Source of the DNA: Balanoglossus misakiensis
Lineage: Eukaryota > Animalia > Hemichordata
Reading direction: 5' to 3'
NCBI GenBank assembly: GCA_040954595.2
Contig: CM082591.2
Location: 2,083,745-2,147,744 of the forward strand
DNA length: 64,000 bases
This document shows, in pieces, positions 36,829 through 50,632 of this stretch (position 1 is the first letter of the stretch; every line of letters begins with the position of its first letter). Below the pieces are notes generated by a model, which saw nothing but the letters and a program-made list of their open reading frames with translations, was not told where the DNA came from and ran no database searches. Both the position numbers and the translations under genes were made by a program.

Positions 36829-39800
36829 AGCAATGTAACATGAAAGTTTATGCCGTATTATCAATACCACTCATTACTTTTCGTTGAAAACCCTGTTCAT
36901 TCTTTGTGGAGTTTTAATTCAGTTTGGATCGTGTTTAAGAATGTAATATTAACATCGGGTTTTACCAGTAAATACTTGATATTTGATTGTTTGTTTTATG
37001 AAGAGTTATAATTTGTGTAGGAAAATGTAGTCCAATTTAATATAGTTTATATCAGTTGTATTCTTATGATTCTTGTAAGTGCGATCGAAAATGACGTTGG
37101 GACAAGTAGTCATTTGTTGTCTTTGCATTGGATGTTCTTGTTATCATGTTATCATCATAGTATTAAAGATCATATCATGTGAAACTAGGTGTATGCTAGT
37201 CCTAATTTGTTGAGATTCGTTTTCGTGATGTATAATAAAATATACATATTTTCGTCACCACGAGCTTACAACACTCAATGACAACTCGACGACGAACTTG
37301 ACTGGTCCGCCATTTTGATAACCGGAACTGAACATAACCACGTTACGTAAAGCTGTGCATGTTATTCTTGACTTCTTTTGTCATTTACCCCCAAGTACAG
37401 GATGCTATTCATACCTGATGAATTGGCATTTAGGCCCTCGTATTACACGTGGATTTATAGAAATCTTCCTAACTAGGCCCGCAAGTGAGAAATTCACGTT
37501 TCGTGCCTAAATAGGCCTACCTCCACCCTTCCCCGGCGCTAACTCTTGCCGGTGCCTTCTGTTGATTTGGCATGCCTTAAGCATTGGAAAAGGGCATGAA
37601 ATAAAAATCTACCAATCAATCGCACAATATGGCAGATATTGTATCCTGTTATTTTGCAGTGAGAAGTCTTATACGCTAACCCATAGCGCAATGAGTTGCA
37701 AAACAGAGTAATTTGTGTCATTGATTTTACATGTACAATGATCGGTCACGGCTCTAGTGCTGATATTCTGTATAATATGATGCTTCGGTAAGCTCTGATA
37801 AAGTTATGCGTGTATCGTAAAGGTCGCTTGATAAACGACTTGGTATAAAACATGGAGTAAAACATATTGGAGTATAGTTATTTCAGTTGTTATTTTCTGG
37901 TGCGATGGTTGATCTGGCGTCGCGACGACGGGGGGTTGTGTTTGATGTAAATCTACTTGGCAGTACGAAAGATTCCGCCGGATCGTTAAGGTTAGAGATC
38001 CTGTTCCGTATCGACAGCTTTGTGTCCTGCGTCCATCGATTGTCGTCAATGTATCATCACATCTAACACCAGCCGGGAGCAAAATCGCTTGATGGAATTG
38101 GAAAATGTCGATTTACTTTTTCGCTGTATACATGTACATTACGAAAAACGCGTTACATCGAAGCCACTGCCGAATGTAAAATATTGATCACAACATTTTA
38201 AAATGATTTACACGAAGTCGTTTAGCTTCCAAACGAAAACATTTCATGTCCGGAAGTGTGTCGCACATGTTTTTGAAATTTTCAGCAGACGATGCATTAG
38301 GCTAACGAGGCCTCAAAGCAAAGGAAGGAGCCAAGGAAGACACGTGGTTTCATCTAGAAGTCTTTGAAGAAATCGAAAAACGACTCCCACCTTCCTGGGT
38401 AGTCATTCATCCCCTGCTGGAGTACAGCCAAGACTCTCAGGTTCTGCCATCTTTTGCGTGACTTTAAAATAATGATCTCGTTTTGATTTCGACGATGTTC
38501 ACGCCCTGGGGAGGTCTGTTGTAGTTCGCTCGTTAATGGTACAACCATCGAATTTTCGACTGTACCGATATTTCTTTTGCCATATCGTTAAATGTGTGGA
38601 GGATCTGGGACCGACAAAATGTATCTCATGCTATCTTGTCGGTGAGGGCGATTTTTTTATCGCAACCACGGCTGGCCGATTCATACCACGCAAAAATTCT
38701 TTTCAGCCGGCAAATGCCTTGCCAATAAACATTTCATTGACGACCTTAATGACAAGATCATTGCTGAAATATTGGTGCTAAGAATGAACCTTTTTGCACG
38801 GTCAGTCTGAGTACAGGGGTCGTGCCAAGTGAACGTAGCACATGTACACTGGCTAGTGGAAAGATCATTAGCGAATAATCGCTGTTTTGGGCAGGATAAG
38901 CGAATCAATAAATAAAGAACATTCCCTATTGACAAACTACTTATGTATATAAGTACAATATCGCGTTACTGGCTGGATAAATTTGCCAATAACTCAGAAT
39001 TTTAGGCAGAATAACACAACACGTCCCAATGAGCAGGGTTTGCGAATTACCGAAAAGCTGAGGGGTCAGGCTAAGTTCAGCAAAGAATCATGGGAAATTT
39101 CTCTGACCCAAAATGGCGACGTCGATGACAGTTTAACCATCGTTCATTTCAACCGCTGTTATGTCGACATTTTCACGGGGAATTGAGTAAAACAATGAAC
39201 GAGGAGTTTGGCAGTAGCGCAGTTTACTGGTGAGTACTGTGTAACTTTTCTATCGAGACCACCGGCAAGTCAGTGGTGCTACCGCGTCACCGTTACCACG
39301 GGTACGGGGTACGCTATGGACAGGCGTTGTTTATGTTGTCATTGCAACGATTACGGACAGCAGACGCCTGAACGGCGATCGGACTGGAGTAATGACTTAT
39401 TTCGGTACTCAGATCACGGTCGTGCTTAGATGACATGTCGGTAGTACGACTGGCCACGGACGGTGGGGGTAATCAGCCCCCCTCCCCCCACGGTACAGCT
39501 GCGTACCACAGCTAAGCTTAGATAAACTTGATACCGATAAAGGAAAAAGGATAGGACCGCCACATCGCCGCATGTTTGTTGTTGTTGGGGGGGGGGGGGG
39601 GCAAGCCATGATCAGACAACTCTGTCACAGGGACCCTGAGTAAAACAAGTATTTGTAACTAAATTTTCAACTGCCCATGTTGTAAGGTATAGAGATTACA
39701 ATCACTTCCTCTACCTGTATAAAGTGCTTGCCACTCACACTATTCTGACTGCAACATTGTAGCAGAATTCTAATGAAACTTCCAATAATTCCTCATTCTG

Positions 39801-39933
39801 AATAGTTTGTATTTATTTTCTGACGAGAATAAATGCACACACACATTCCAGATTTAATATAACCAATGATTTTACGCATTCTAGAGTAATACAAGTCAAC
39901 CATTGCGTGCTGTGATTATCGGAAAAGACGAGA

Positions 39934-42900
39934 ATGAGCATGCGTCAGATACAAGACCCAGATGATGAGAGTTGGGTAGAGGCGGAAATCCAGCGAGAGT
40001 TAGAGGAGCTGGAACCTCTCGACAATGACGGTGTTTATGACGGTATCGATGACGAAGTGCTGGATGACAACATTGATGATGACAGTGATGTCAGCGACGA
40101 TGAGGACAACAACATTCCGGACTCAGTCACGGAATATCTGGAGAGAGTCCAGAGCCGATCCACCGGAATCATGAAAGAAATCGAAGATTGCAGTCTGGTT
40201 TTGGAGCAGGTCAAAGATAAAGGTAAAGTACTAATAAACTTAGAACTGTGCCTAAAATAATCCCATTTCAGCACATTCTGGTATATCACAATTACTAGTA
40301 ACTGTGAGTATGTTGACAAGAATGGAATATTGTATTTTTCTGCCAGGCCTATCACACACTAAGGATCAACCCGTGTCCAAAGCAATTGAGGAAATCGCAT
40401 TTGTAATTGGAGAAGATCCGGAAGATCTCTATGATACGGTAAGAAATAAAAACAGTTGACAGTTTTCAGTCTTATACAGTTAAAACCTGTCTAAACCCAA
40501 CCCTGTCTAATCTGGAAACCGATCTTTGTGAGATTCTCAAAAGGTTAGTCTGTGCAGGATTTGACTAAAACGAGGAATTATATTTCTTTGTTAACAGGTA
40601 ATGAAAGAAATAGAAGAAGAGGAAGAAAAAGAGAGACAAGATGCAAATGGGAATGATAATGATGAGACCGAAATGGGGACATTTCTGACAGCTGGCGTTG
40701 TGGATGACAAGTCAGTCTCTGGTGGATTAGATGAAGACAGTTCGGTAAAGACCGACAATATTGAAGGAAGTCAAGGTAATTCAGGTGTGTTGGTTACTCC
40801 GTTGAACTGTTGCAGTCAGTGAAGTTTAGAGCTACATGTAAGCTTTTAATTTGGTTAACCATGAGCTGGGAACCTGGGTAACACCTCTACCACCATCAGT
40901 TTGATTACATCGATTAATCCAAGAGGAACTCGTGTAAAATGACTTGGGAACCCCAGTAACATTTCCGTGGTTACTGCCGTTAAAACAAAAATACTGATTT
41001 TAAAAATAAGTCATCCAATTTTTCGTGTTATTATATATCCAGGTGACCAGAACCTGACTGTGGCTGTGATGACAGAAAGCATGCTGGCCGAGATTCAAGC
41101 CAGACAGAAACTCAAACAGCTCATCCAGAAACAAAAGGAACAAGATGAGAAACGAGAGAGGGAGTACCGTCTGCAGAAAGAGGAGATCGAGAAACAGGAA
41201 GAGAGGATAGATCGGATGCGACAAGAGAAGTATCGTGAGTATGACGAGGAGAAGGTGGAGCTTGGAAAACAAAGGAAAGCAGAAGAAGAACAGCTGGAAA
41301 TGGAAATGAGGGAAGAGAGCAAGAAAATGACGGAAATGTTGGATGAATACAAGGCCAACATTGATGAGTTCGCAAAGACAACGGAAAAAGAGAGAGAGGA
41401 GTTCGAACACCACGTGGAACAACAGAGACAAGACAGAGAAGAGAAACTGACTACGTCTGCCATCAAAATCCAAGCTACGTACAGATCATACAGGTAATGT
41501 GCAATAGTCTACATATATTGACTGGATGGTTTTATAAGGGCATTTCTTTGCAACTATTAATCTGTATAACTCTGATATTTACAGGGTGAGAAAACCCTAC
41601 CTGCAGAGACTTCAGAAGATGAGGGAAAACAGGGAACGTAAGCGGGAAATGGAACGGCAAGTGGAGATCCTGGAAGTGAGAAGGAAGGAAGAGAACCGGA
41701 AGAAGGCGGAGAAGAAGAAACGGGAAGCGGCCGAGAAAAAGAGGAAGGAGGAGGAGGAGAGGAGGTTGAAGGAAGAGGAGGAGGAAAGAGTGAGGAGGGA
41801 AGAGGAGCAGAGAAGACTGGAAGAAGAAAGACAGAGACAGGAAGAAGAAGCGAGGAGGATGGAGGAAGAGATGAGGCAAAAGGAAGACGAGGAGAGAAAG
41901 AGGAAAGAGGAAGAGGAACGGATCAAAGAGGAGGAGAGACGGAAGAGGGAGGAGGAAGAGGCAGAGAGGAAAAGACAAGAGGAAGAAAAGAGAAAAGCTG
42001 AAGAAGAAATGAAGCAAAAGGAAGAGGAGAGGAAGAAAGAGGAAGTGAGGAGAAAGGATGAAGAAGCAAGGTTTGTTACTATGGTGATCATTTTGAAAGT
42101 CTCACTTCATTCATTCATTCATTCATTCACAATGAATAAACCTCGCAGACTGAGAATTCAAGAACATTGTATTTACAATATTAATTGATGGACTTTAATA
42201 ATTAATTTACTCACATAGGAGGAAGAAACAGGAAGATGGAAAAGCAGGAAAGGAAAAGAAACTCATCGAACAGCTGGAGAAGGAACGATCTCGAGACAAG
42301 GAAAAAGACGATCTTGATAAAAAAGCTGAAGACATTTTGAATAAAATTCAAAATGAGATTCAAAGTAGCCAAAACACAGTGCATGGTAAACAAGAAAACA
42401 TTTCAAGTAATAATAGTACAAAGACAAACAGAACTGGCACTAACTTAGACAAAAATAAACAAGTTGAAAATACTGCCGAGGCTGTTTCAGGCTCAGCAGA
42501 AAAAGGACAGATTTCTGTAAGTTTTGAAAAATCTGACAGTTCAGTACAGGAGAGGACTTTACATGGAAGTGCAATAATGAATACGGAGAGAGAGGATAAT
42601 CAGTCAAGAATCATGGAAATGCTGCCGGAAAACCTGGAAAAGAGAAGACTGGAATGGATGGAGGAATGTATTCCGTGGGGGTAAGATGTCTGAGGAGGAT
42701 TTCAGTAGAATGTGTCTATAAAAAATTGGATGATAAATCTTGATAATGTGCTGTCAAATTTGAGTCCCATTTAGTTATAATCACACTTTTCTGGAATTTT
42801 TTCAATCTTACAAATGTATATTATTTTGTCAAACTCTAGGAAAGTTATTGGTGAGAGCAAAAGCCAAGCGAGGAAGAGTGTGAAATCAAGGATTGGGAAG

Positions 42901-45900
42901 AGACCAGCGTCTGCCAAGCAGTTGCCAGAAATATCAGAGGAATTATTATTGCAAGCATCGTCTGAGAATGCAAGTCTTCAACAGGTCTGTGCATTAGTGG
43001 TGTTGTTGTATATGGCTACTATGAGTGATCTGCAAAATTGTATTGTGTAAATTGACCTTACAGATTTTACTGGATATAAAAAAATATATATCATGGTTAC
43101 AAATACTTTTCCAGCACATTTGCATCAGCCCCAGATGCTCTCCTAGATCCTGACAGATTGACTGTACATTATTTTTTCAACGCAGGTGTCCACGGTTCAA
43201 GTTCAAGGGTTGCCAGGTTGTAGTATGAGTAGTCTGAAGCAGTGTCCGAGTGCGCGGTCCATTACTCTGATCCAATGTGGAGTAATTGCCGTGGAAGGAA
43301 TAAGTGGGTGTACAGCTTTACAACATTTGAATTTACAGGTAATGTACACCTGGTCTGTGTGTGTGTGTTGTGTGTGTATGTGTTAATGCATGCATACACT
43401 TGTGTGTGTATTGGCTTGTGTGTCTATCTGTGTCTCTGTCCGTGCATGTCACTTATCTTTGAGTCTCTCTGTGCGTGTGTGTGTGTCTTTCTGTCTGACT
43501 CCTGTACACTAAGCTTAAACTATGGCTATTCCGTGGTATAGGAGTCAGACAGACTAGGACAGACAGACAAGAGTGACTGTCTGTGGGTCTATCTGTATGT
43601 CTGCCACTGATTCTGTCATTCAGCTTGTGTGTAATGTGAATTTTGTCTTCTCCTTACAGCATAACAGAATAGAGAGTTTAAATTGTCAAGATTTACAGAA
43701 ACTGCAAGAGTTACAAATGTCCAGCAACTGCCTTACGAATGTCCATGGTCTAGACGGCTGTAGTGATGTCAGAGTGGCTGACTTCTCAAACAATAGAATC
43801 ACCAGAACAGGTAGAGTTCCTTTGTGGTGTTGACCCAACAAGACACTCTTGACCAATTAAGTATGTATCACATTTCAATGTTTCAATTCTGAACAAATTG
43901 GAGCACAGTTCCCCTGATGCTAATTTGATTTATATCGGCAGGTGGATTCGAGTCCTGCCACAAACTGACCAGATTGCTGCTGGACCACAATCAACTCATC
44001 AACACACGCGGCCTACACAAGACGCCGTCCGTTCAGGTGGTAGACTTATCCCATAATCATCTGAACAGTGTACAGGATTTAGACAAATGCTGCCTTCTGA
44101 GGACCTTGAACTTGACTGGAAACAGTTTACAAGAGGTAGGTCAAAGGTATCATTGCGGCAAAAAGCTCCAGTTTCATTTTCCAGAAATTCAGAAAACTAA
44201 TATTTTTCATGAATGGACAAATAAACTTTATTTTCAGGTGAAATAATCTGAGTGTTTTCTGTTTACTTTTCAGCCCCCAAAACTTAACAATCATGTGTTA
44301 CTACGGCAACTCTTCTTGGATGACAACAGTCTGGGTTCTTTGGAAGTTTTATCGACAGCATGGCTGCCTCTGCTGGAGTTTCTGTCAGTCAGTCAAAACA
44401 GGTGAGGTACTTTTTCCTCCTAAATTTTGCAAAGTCTTTTTCTCAAATTTTGCTCATGGGAACTTTCGATTATTTTTTTTAAATTGAGAATAAAAATTTG
44501 GGTCACCGTAACTGTACAAAAAATGTGTTCTCTGGTAAACTCTAGACTTCGGAAGAAAAATAACATTTCTTTCTTTCTTTCTTTATAGTCTCTCTGAAAT
44601 TTCACCTCTGTCTAATATGTTGCTGTTGAAGAAATTGGATGTCAGTCATAATTGTATAGCTGGTGAGTTTTACATGTTATAGCGCCACCATAACTCAACT
44701 TTGGTCTACAAATTTGTCACCTAAATCCAAATAAACTTCTATGACTCCCCAATATGTTATAAGGTTTGAAATGAAAATACAGGTAGTATTACCACATCTT
44801 GGTACATTGTATTGTATTGCATTGTATTATGAAGGATGTATTTGTATTTTTCATAGATGTACAGAGTGTTGTATCTGGTGTGAGGGATTGTCACAGACTG
44901 CAGGAGTTGTGTGTTCAGGGAAATCCACTCACTGAAGAACAAGAATACAGGTGAGGAATAGAGTGTATTGTACTGTATTGTACCATTTATCATATACATG
45001 TATATATTTTCTTGAGTTTTGGATACTATTAACACTTCAACCAGTATTGAAATGTTCTCCTCTCGCCATTAGATCGTCAATCATAGACAAGTTGCCATGG
45101 TTACAGAAGCTGGATTCGGAAGATGTCACACCAAGGATATCACATGATCAGATCCGTGCCATGAGTAGCTTCGAAGCCATGTGCATCTCTCAGATACAGA
45201 GACAGAATGAAGTGCAAGCGAGACACAGCAAACAGCTCAAGTGAGTTCTCCGTCTTCAAGTGTCAGTGACAGTCTGGGAAACAGTTTTTGAGTTGTTCTG
45301 AAGGTTTTCAGATTCCAGACTTTGACAATGGTATCATTATTTATTGTATGTATGTATGTATGACTTGATATTATTGTGTTGGCAGGGAAACCAGGCAGAG
45401 ACACCCAGGTGACATGATCAAACTCCTAGATCTGAAATCACGGCAGTTTGATGAAATCCACGACTTGGCCGTACAGCACAGATACATGCACGAGTATGGT
45501 GACCTGACAGTAGATTCAGGGGACAGCCATGATGGAGATTCGGAAAATAAAGCACCAGGGAATTCTGAGGTGATGGAAGTTCCTGGAAAACCTGAGAACA
45601 GGAATGTTAGATTTAACGACAATGTGGCCAGTCAATCGAGTGTTTCTGTATCTGCCAGCGTTGTGGGTAGAGGGTTGAAGATTGAGAATGAAGACTACTT
45701 TTGTAGGTAAGTTGTTGTGAAACTCAGAAACTCATTTTATACCACCACGGGTATTAACACCAGAAAAGAAGGGATTGTTATACAAGTCCATGCATTGAGA
45801 GAGAGAAAGAGAGAGAGAGAGAGTGTGTGTGTGTGTGTAAACACAATTGTCCATAGTTGCATTTTCAAGCAATTAAAGGTAAACTTTTCTCCCTTGATTC

Positions 45901-48600
45901 CTTTCCCAACAGAGCTGCAGTAAAGATTCAAGCCCTTTGGAGAGGCTACAGTGTCAGACAAGAAATCCATGAACACATGCAGAGATGGCTGGCAGCCACT
46001 GTCATCCAGGCATATTGGAAGGGGCACGCCGTCCGACAAGAGATCAGAAAACACATTCCGGATTTCTACGAGAAAGAGGCGTCTCTCAGACAGCCGTACC
46101 CACCACAGAGGGTCGCGCCAACTCAGAGAGGGATGTCGGCTCAGAGGCAGGCAACGCAACAGAGTGTGGGTTCTGGAGGGAACGTATCATGGCAGGAGGT
46201 GTCAGACACTGTGAATGGAAATCAAATGTCGCCGCTGCAAAACATGGCTGCCACCAAAATACAGGTAATATATCACCAGATGTAGGGACACACTCAATCT
46301 TCCCGAAGTTTCAACAATCCATTTTATGGAACTGGGGCGCAAACACCCACCCACCCGAAGCTTGGGGGTAGGCTAGTCAATCACTGTGAGATATATTGCT
46401 CATTTCAGTTTCTTTAAGCCACGTCCCTATTGATCAAAAGTTCCCAGAGAAGTATCTTGTGAATAAAAAATAAAATGATTGCCCCAGCGGATCAATCATG
46501 GAGTACTGATTTGATTGATTGATTCTTGCAGGCCCTGTGGCGGGGATATTACATCAGAAAAAGAATTAAAGAATTCAAGGAGTCATTAAAGATTGACGAT
46601 GAAGAAGATGATTTGTTTGGTGAGCTGGACCTGTCAGCGTTTGATTTTAATGAGGTAAGTATGTTTGTAACCCCTTCACTGCATTGGTTTGGTCCAAATC
46701 TATTGTTTTTCTGTGGGAAAGTTTGATATCTATAAAGGAAAAGGGGATGGGGAGGGTTACACATATTATCATCAAATAATTACAGAATCATATCTTGTTT
46801 CTATTACAGGCAAGTTTAGAGCAAGGATGGTCGCCTGCAGAGACACCCCAGTTACCAATCACACAACACCCAGTGTTACCCCCGACGCCCCCCGTCCAAC
46901 CCCACCCTCCCAGGCAAGCGTGGAGGGGCGCAAACTCACCCATGGTGAATGACAGAGCCCAGCCTACACCCCTGGGCAAACCTCCCCTACCCCCGGGGTC
47001 AAGCATGAGCACGGAGACGCCAAGGACGCATGCGTCCAGTAAACAGGAGAAAATCACAGAGGAATGGTGAGTTGTCTTTGCTGGCGTTTATCAGCGGGTA
47101 AAATGTAACAAAACCTGGTCTGCCTGGTGCCTAATCGTGGGTGGAGCTTAATTGAAGGAATTATAATATGGTGCCAATATTGACATTTCACTGTATTTTT
47201 CTGCTATTGCAGGGGATTTAAAGATTCTACAACAGCTGAATTGATGATGAAAAGAGCCAAAAAGATGCATCGAAAGAAGAAAATTATCGGTAAGATCACT
47301 TATGATTGAAACACCCCCTTTAAATCACATATATGTAAATCAGAGGGGATTGTAACATTTACACTTTATGGCTTATTTGATATTAATTCCGGCTATTCCT
47401 TTTATTTGTTTTTGTGAAGATCCCAAGAAAAAATATGAATTATTTAAAAAACTGCAAGACTCCACCAAGATGAACCATGTGCATCCACCAGCCAGAAAGC
47501 AGACAAACAAACAAGACTACTTCCAAGGTAAATGCAATTGAATATTATTCCTAGTGGAGCAGGTTTTCCGAAGGCTTATATTTGGAAATAAGGCCTACAC
47601 CAGTTGAAAAAAGATAAGATGCTTGCTGAATACTGCAACTACGGCTTTCATGTAATCTGTTGAAAATGTCTTTTTTGTTGATAGCTCGACAGCACTTACA
47701 AAACTTCATGGAGATTCAGTCGCAGTCATCGAATGAACAGAAACAGCAAATGGTGTTTGAGTAAGTGTCTTTCATGTTGATATGAAAAAGTGTCTGTCCC
47801 ATTTGTATTGAAGTTACACTTCTAAAATACTTTCAAACTAAGCACAGTAACATTGGCTGTAATGCATCACTCTCCACAGATGGGTGCACACGCAAGCAGG
47901 TCCATACAGTGGAGCAAACACTCCACAACCGCTCAAACACCCTCCAATTTTAGGAAGACACACACACAGCGATTCTAGTTTACCGTACATTGACCCCCAG
48001 GTTTTGGAAGGTGGTCGAGTTCAGCTTGTTGTGAGTATACAATAATTTTGTGGTCAGTTAATCTCTTTGCGTGTCGTATTTTCAGAAGATGGTAAACATT
48101 CAGTCTTTGCTATTAATTTGATATATTATTCACCACTATTGACACCTCTTGTTTTATTTACCAGGCCAGTCCTAGCATCGAACTTGAATCAGTCGGGGAC
48201 ACATCAACAGTCGTTTCGTCACCGGAAAAAAATCGACGACATTCGTTTTCTTCCCAAAATGGTGAGTAAGCCTTCACTTACAGCGTGGCACATTGTATGA
48301 TTCATGAAGCATTTCTCTTTGTGTGTGATAAAATGGCAAAATAAAAATAATATAAAACTATAAATAATTCATAGTTAAATGGATAAATATAACTACCACA
48401 TGTCATTCGTATAGTACCAACTACCATGTCTTTCCTGTAAATGTACATAACAATAGTTCATTTTTATCACAGATGACAAAGTCCAGTTTCCGCCTCTGAA
48501 AACCAATTCAGCACCCAGCTCACACACCAGAGACAGAATGGCAGCAGTTGAACGATTTGATGGATGGGGAGGAGGAAGAAGGAGAAACAAATATAAATAA
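39934..48600 (+). CDS. LRRIQ1: Leucine-rich repeat and IQ domain-containing protein 1 (about 24 coding exons)
   Basis: Acidic N-terminus (EAEIQRELEEL), E/K/R-rich helical region, IQ motifs (AIKIQATYRSYR, AVKIQALWRGY, ATVIQAYWKGH, ATKIQALWRGY), LRR exons (LDHNQL, LSHNHL, LTGNSL) and C-terminus GWGGGRRRNKYK*. Splice sites are canonical; a 5' non-coding exon ends at 39229. Confidence 0.9.
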
Positions 48601-49179
48601 CAAGATGGCCAACAATTGAAGCGTAGTTTTGATTTTCCAACTGTGAAACAAGAGATTGATTTTAACTGTAACTGTACTTTTCTTCATAATATTCACATGG
48701 AAAGATGTAAGGGATATACTGTTGGAATATACAAACAGTTAATTAATGAAGAATTCCAAAATCTGTCTACAAAAACTGAGTTTGTTTTATAGTGTTTATT
48801 TTGAGATTCTTTTGAAGTACAGTGGTTGGGAATTTTGAGATTTCAGTGAAATGCATATTATTTGTGTGTGGATTAATTTGTATACTTTGTAAATATTTTC
48901 ACTTCCACATTGTCATTGATGCTGCTTTTATTAAATATTGTATTATCAACTGATTTTATTCGACTGATATACATCCATGTGCCTGTGTGTGTGTGTGTGT
49001 GTGTGTGTATTTATATACAAACATGTTTGTCACATTAAAATGGCATTGATCTGCACAAGTCAAAAGATTGGCTTTGATAATTTCTCATAAAGTATATCAG
49101 ATATTTTGATTTTATGTGTGCGGTGTGTCCCACTTGGAATTGGGGCAGGCAAAATGAGAAACACATATTTCAATGTGAA

Positions 49180-49329
49180 TAGCCATCTTCCCGCCAGGAG
49201 TTTCAAGGAAGTCCCAGAATGATTGGAGGTCGTTAACCTTTCACCTCATCCTTCGACCAATCATAGGCCTTGTTTGTCGTCCCGCCATATTGCTTGACGG
49301 TATCCTCGTGTGACTCTGCTGTCTCGAAG
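49180..49329 (+). promoter_or_regulatory. NAP1L promoter/first non-coding exon
   Basis: YY1-like GCCATCTT and CCGCCATATT motifs, GATTGG and CCAATC boxes, and donor AAG|GTAAGG at 49329. It lies upstream of the exon carrying the ATG at 50633. Confidence 0.55.
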
Positions 49330-50438
49330 GTAAGGCGAAAATATAATAAATGTCGATGATATATTGGGCGCTATTAACGAAATTAAAGATAATCGAATAT
49401 CAAGAACGCGAAAAAAGTGTCATTTTGGGACAAAAAGGCCAATTTTTACACATGTTTATGTTTGACATTCGCTTATTTTCTCCATCTGAAATTTATAATG
49501 GCAGCCATGCTAATGCGTGTGTGTGTGTCATGTTGGTCGTGTTCGGAAAAAATATCTAATCATTAGATGTAGAAAAATGTCATAATGACGTCCGAACTTT
49601 TGATTAACATTTTATACAGTGATTCTCACAGTTTCTGTCTCAGCAATGTCAAGCTGGTTAACTTGTGTAGGTTTCACCTCGTCCCTTGAAATAGATTGCG
49701 AGACGCGATCCTTTTATAGCGCGGTACAATTTCAAATGTCACTTACATACCGTGGCCTTGGCGTGAGCTAGACATGTGCGGAGGGTCAGAAATGAGACTC
49801 GAGTGATGAAAATTCATCAGAGTTTCTCATTCTGTCCCTGATGATAGATACACGAGAGGCCCAGATGCATCGACACACACACACACACTGCAAGTGTATT
49901 GATTGTTGAATCTTGAAACCGCGTCTGTGCCCTAAAACGCTGGGAATAAAATTGGGGTGATCTAGAAAAAGAAGAATGTTGAGCTTCTGAGGCCGTGACA
50001 TGCGGGCGGGTTCATTCATTCTTTTGGTTACATTACGCTGGACTGGACTATACAGCGTGGTGGACATCCGTCCACGCGCATACTTGACAGTATAGCCAGA
50101 AAGCATGTGTTGATGATGTCTTGTGCAATCAATATGGTTCTAAGCCATCCATTGACTTGCAACAGGATATGTAGGGACAGTTACTAGGTCATCTGTGTAA
50201 TTGTGGGCCTAGATTTGAACAATAAGCAATACACATTGCCAGATGCACTGGCAATTGAAAAAAAATGCTGTAACAGTGCATGTCGTGGCTGAACAACATG
50301 CTGAAATTGACATACTGATGAAATTCAATGCAAATGTAATATGATCGATTGTGACATAGTATACACCGATCTTGGAGGTTTATCAGAAAAGTAAGGAGTG
50401 TTGATTACAACTTAATACAGAAATATAGTATGGTTTGA

Positions 50439-50523
50439 CCCTTTCACCGCTATGGTTTAGTCCAAACCTATTGTTTTCTATGGTATAGTTGGACCTCTAT
50501 ACAGGGAATTGGGGGTGACAGGA
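50439..50523. mobile_element. 85-bp piggyBac-like MITE, copy 1 (NAP1L intron 1)
   Basis: CCCTTTCACC...GGTGACAGGA flanked by TTGA on both sides; homologous over its full length to 52935-53019. Confidence 0.75.
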
Positions 50524-50632
50524 TTGAATTGAAATGTAATTATCATCAGATGTATAATCATATTGGTATCAACTGGCATTTGAATTCTTTTGTTTCGTTG
50601 TCTTACAGAGACAAAGAAGTATACCATCGACC

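Noticed and set aside
37295-37335. AAAATGGCGG start of a minus-strand gene
   Set aside because: The ORF closes after 12 codons with no donor; at most a YY1/ETS motif pair.
41000-42091. Long minus-strand F/L/S-rich ORFs
   Set aside because: Antisense shadows of the purine-rich E/K/R exons of LRRIQ1.
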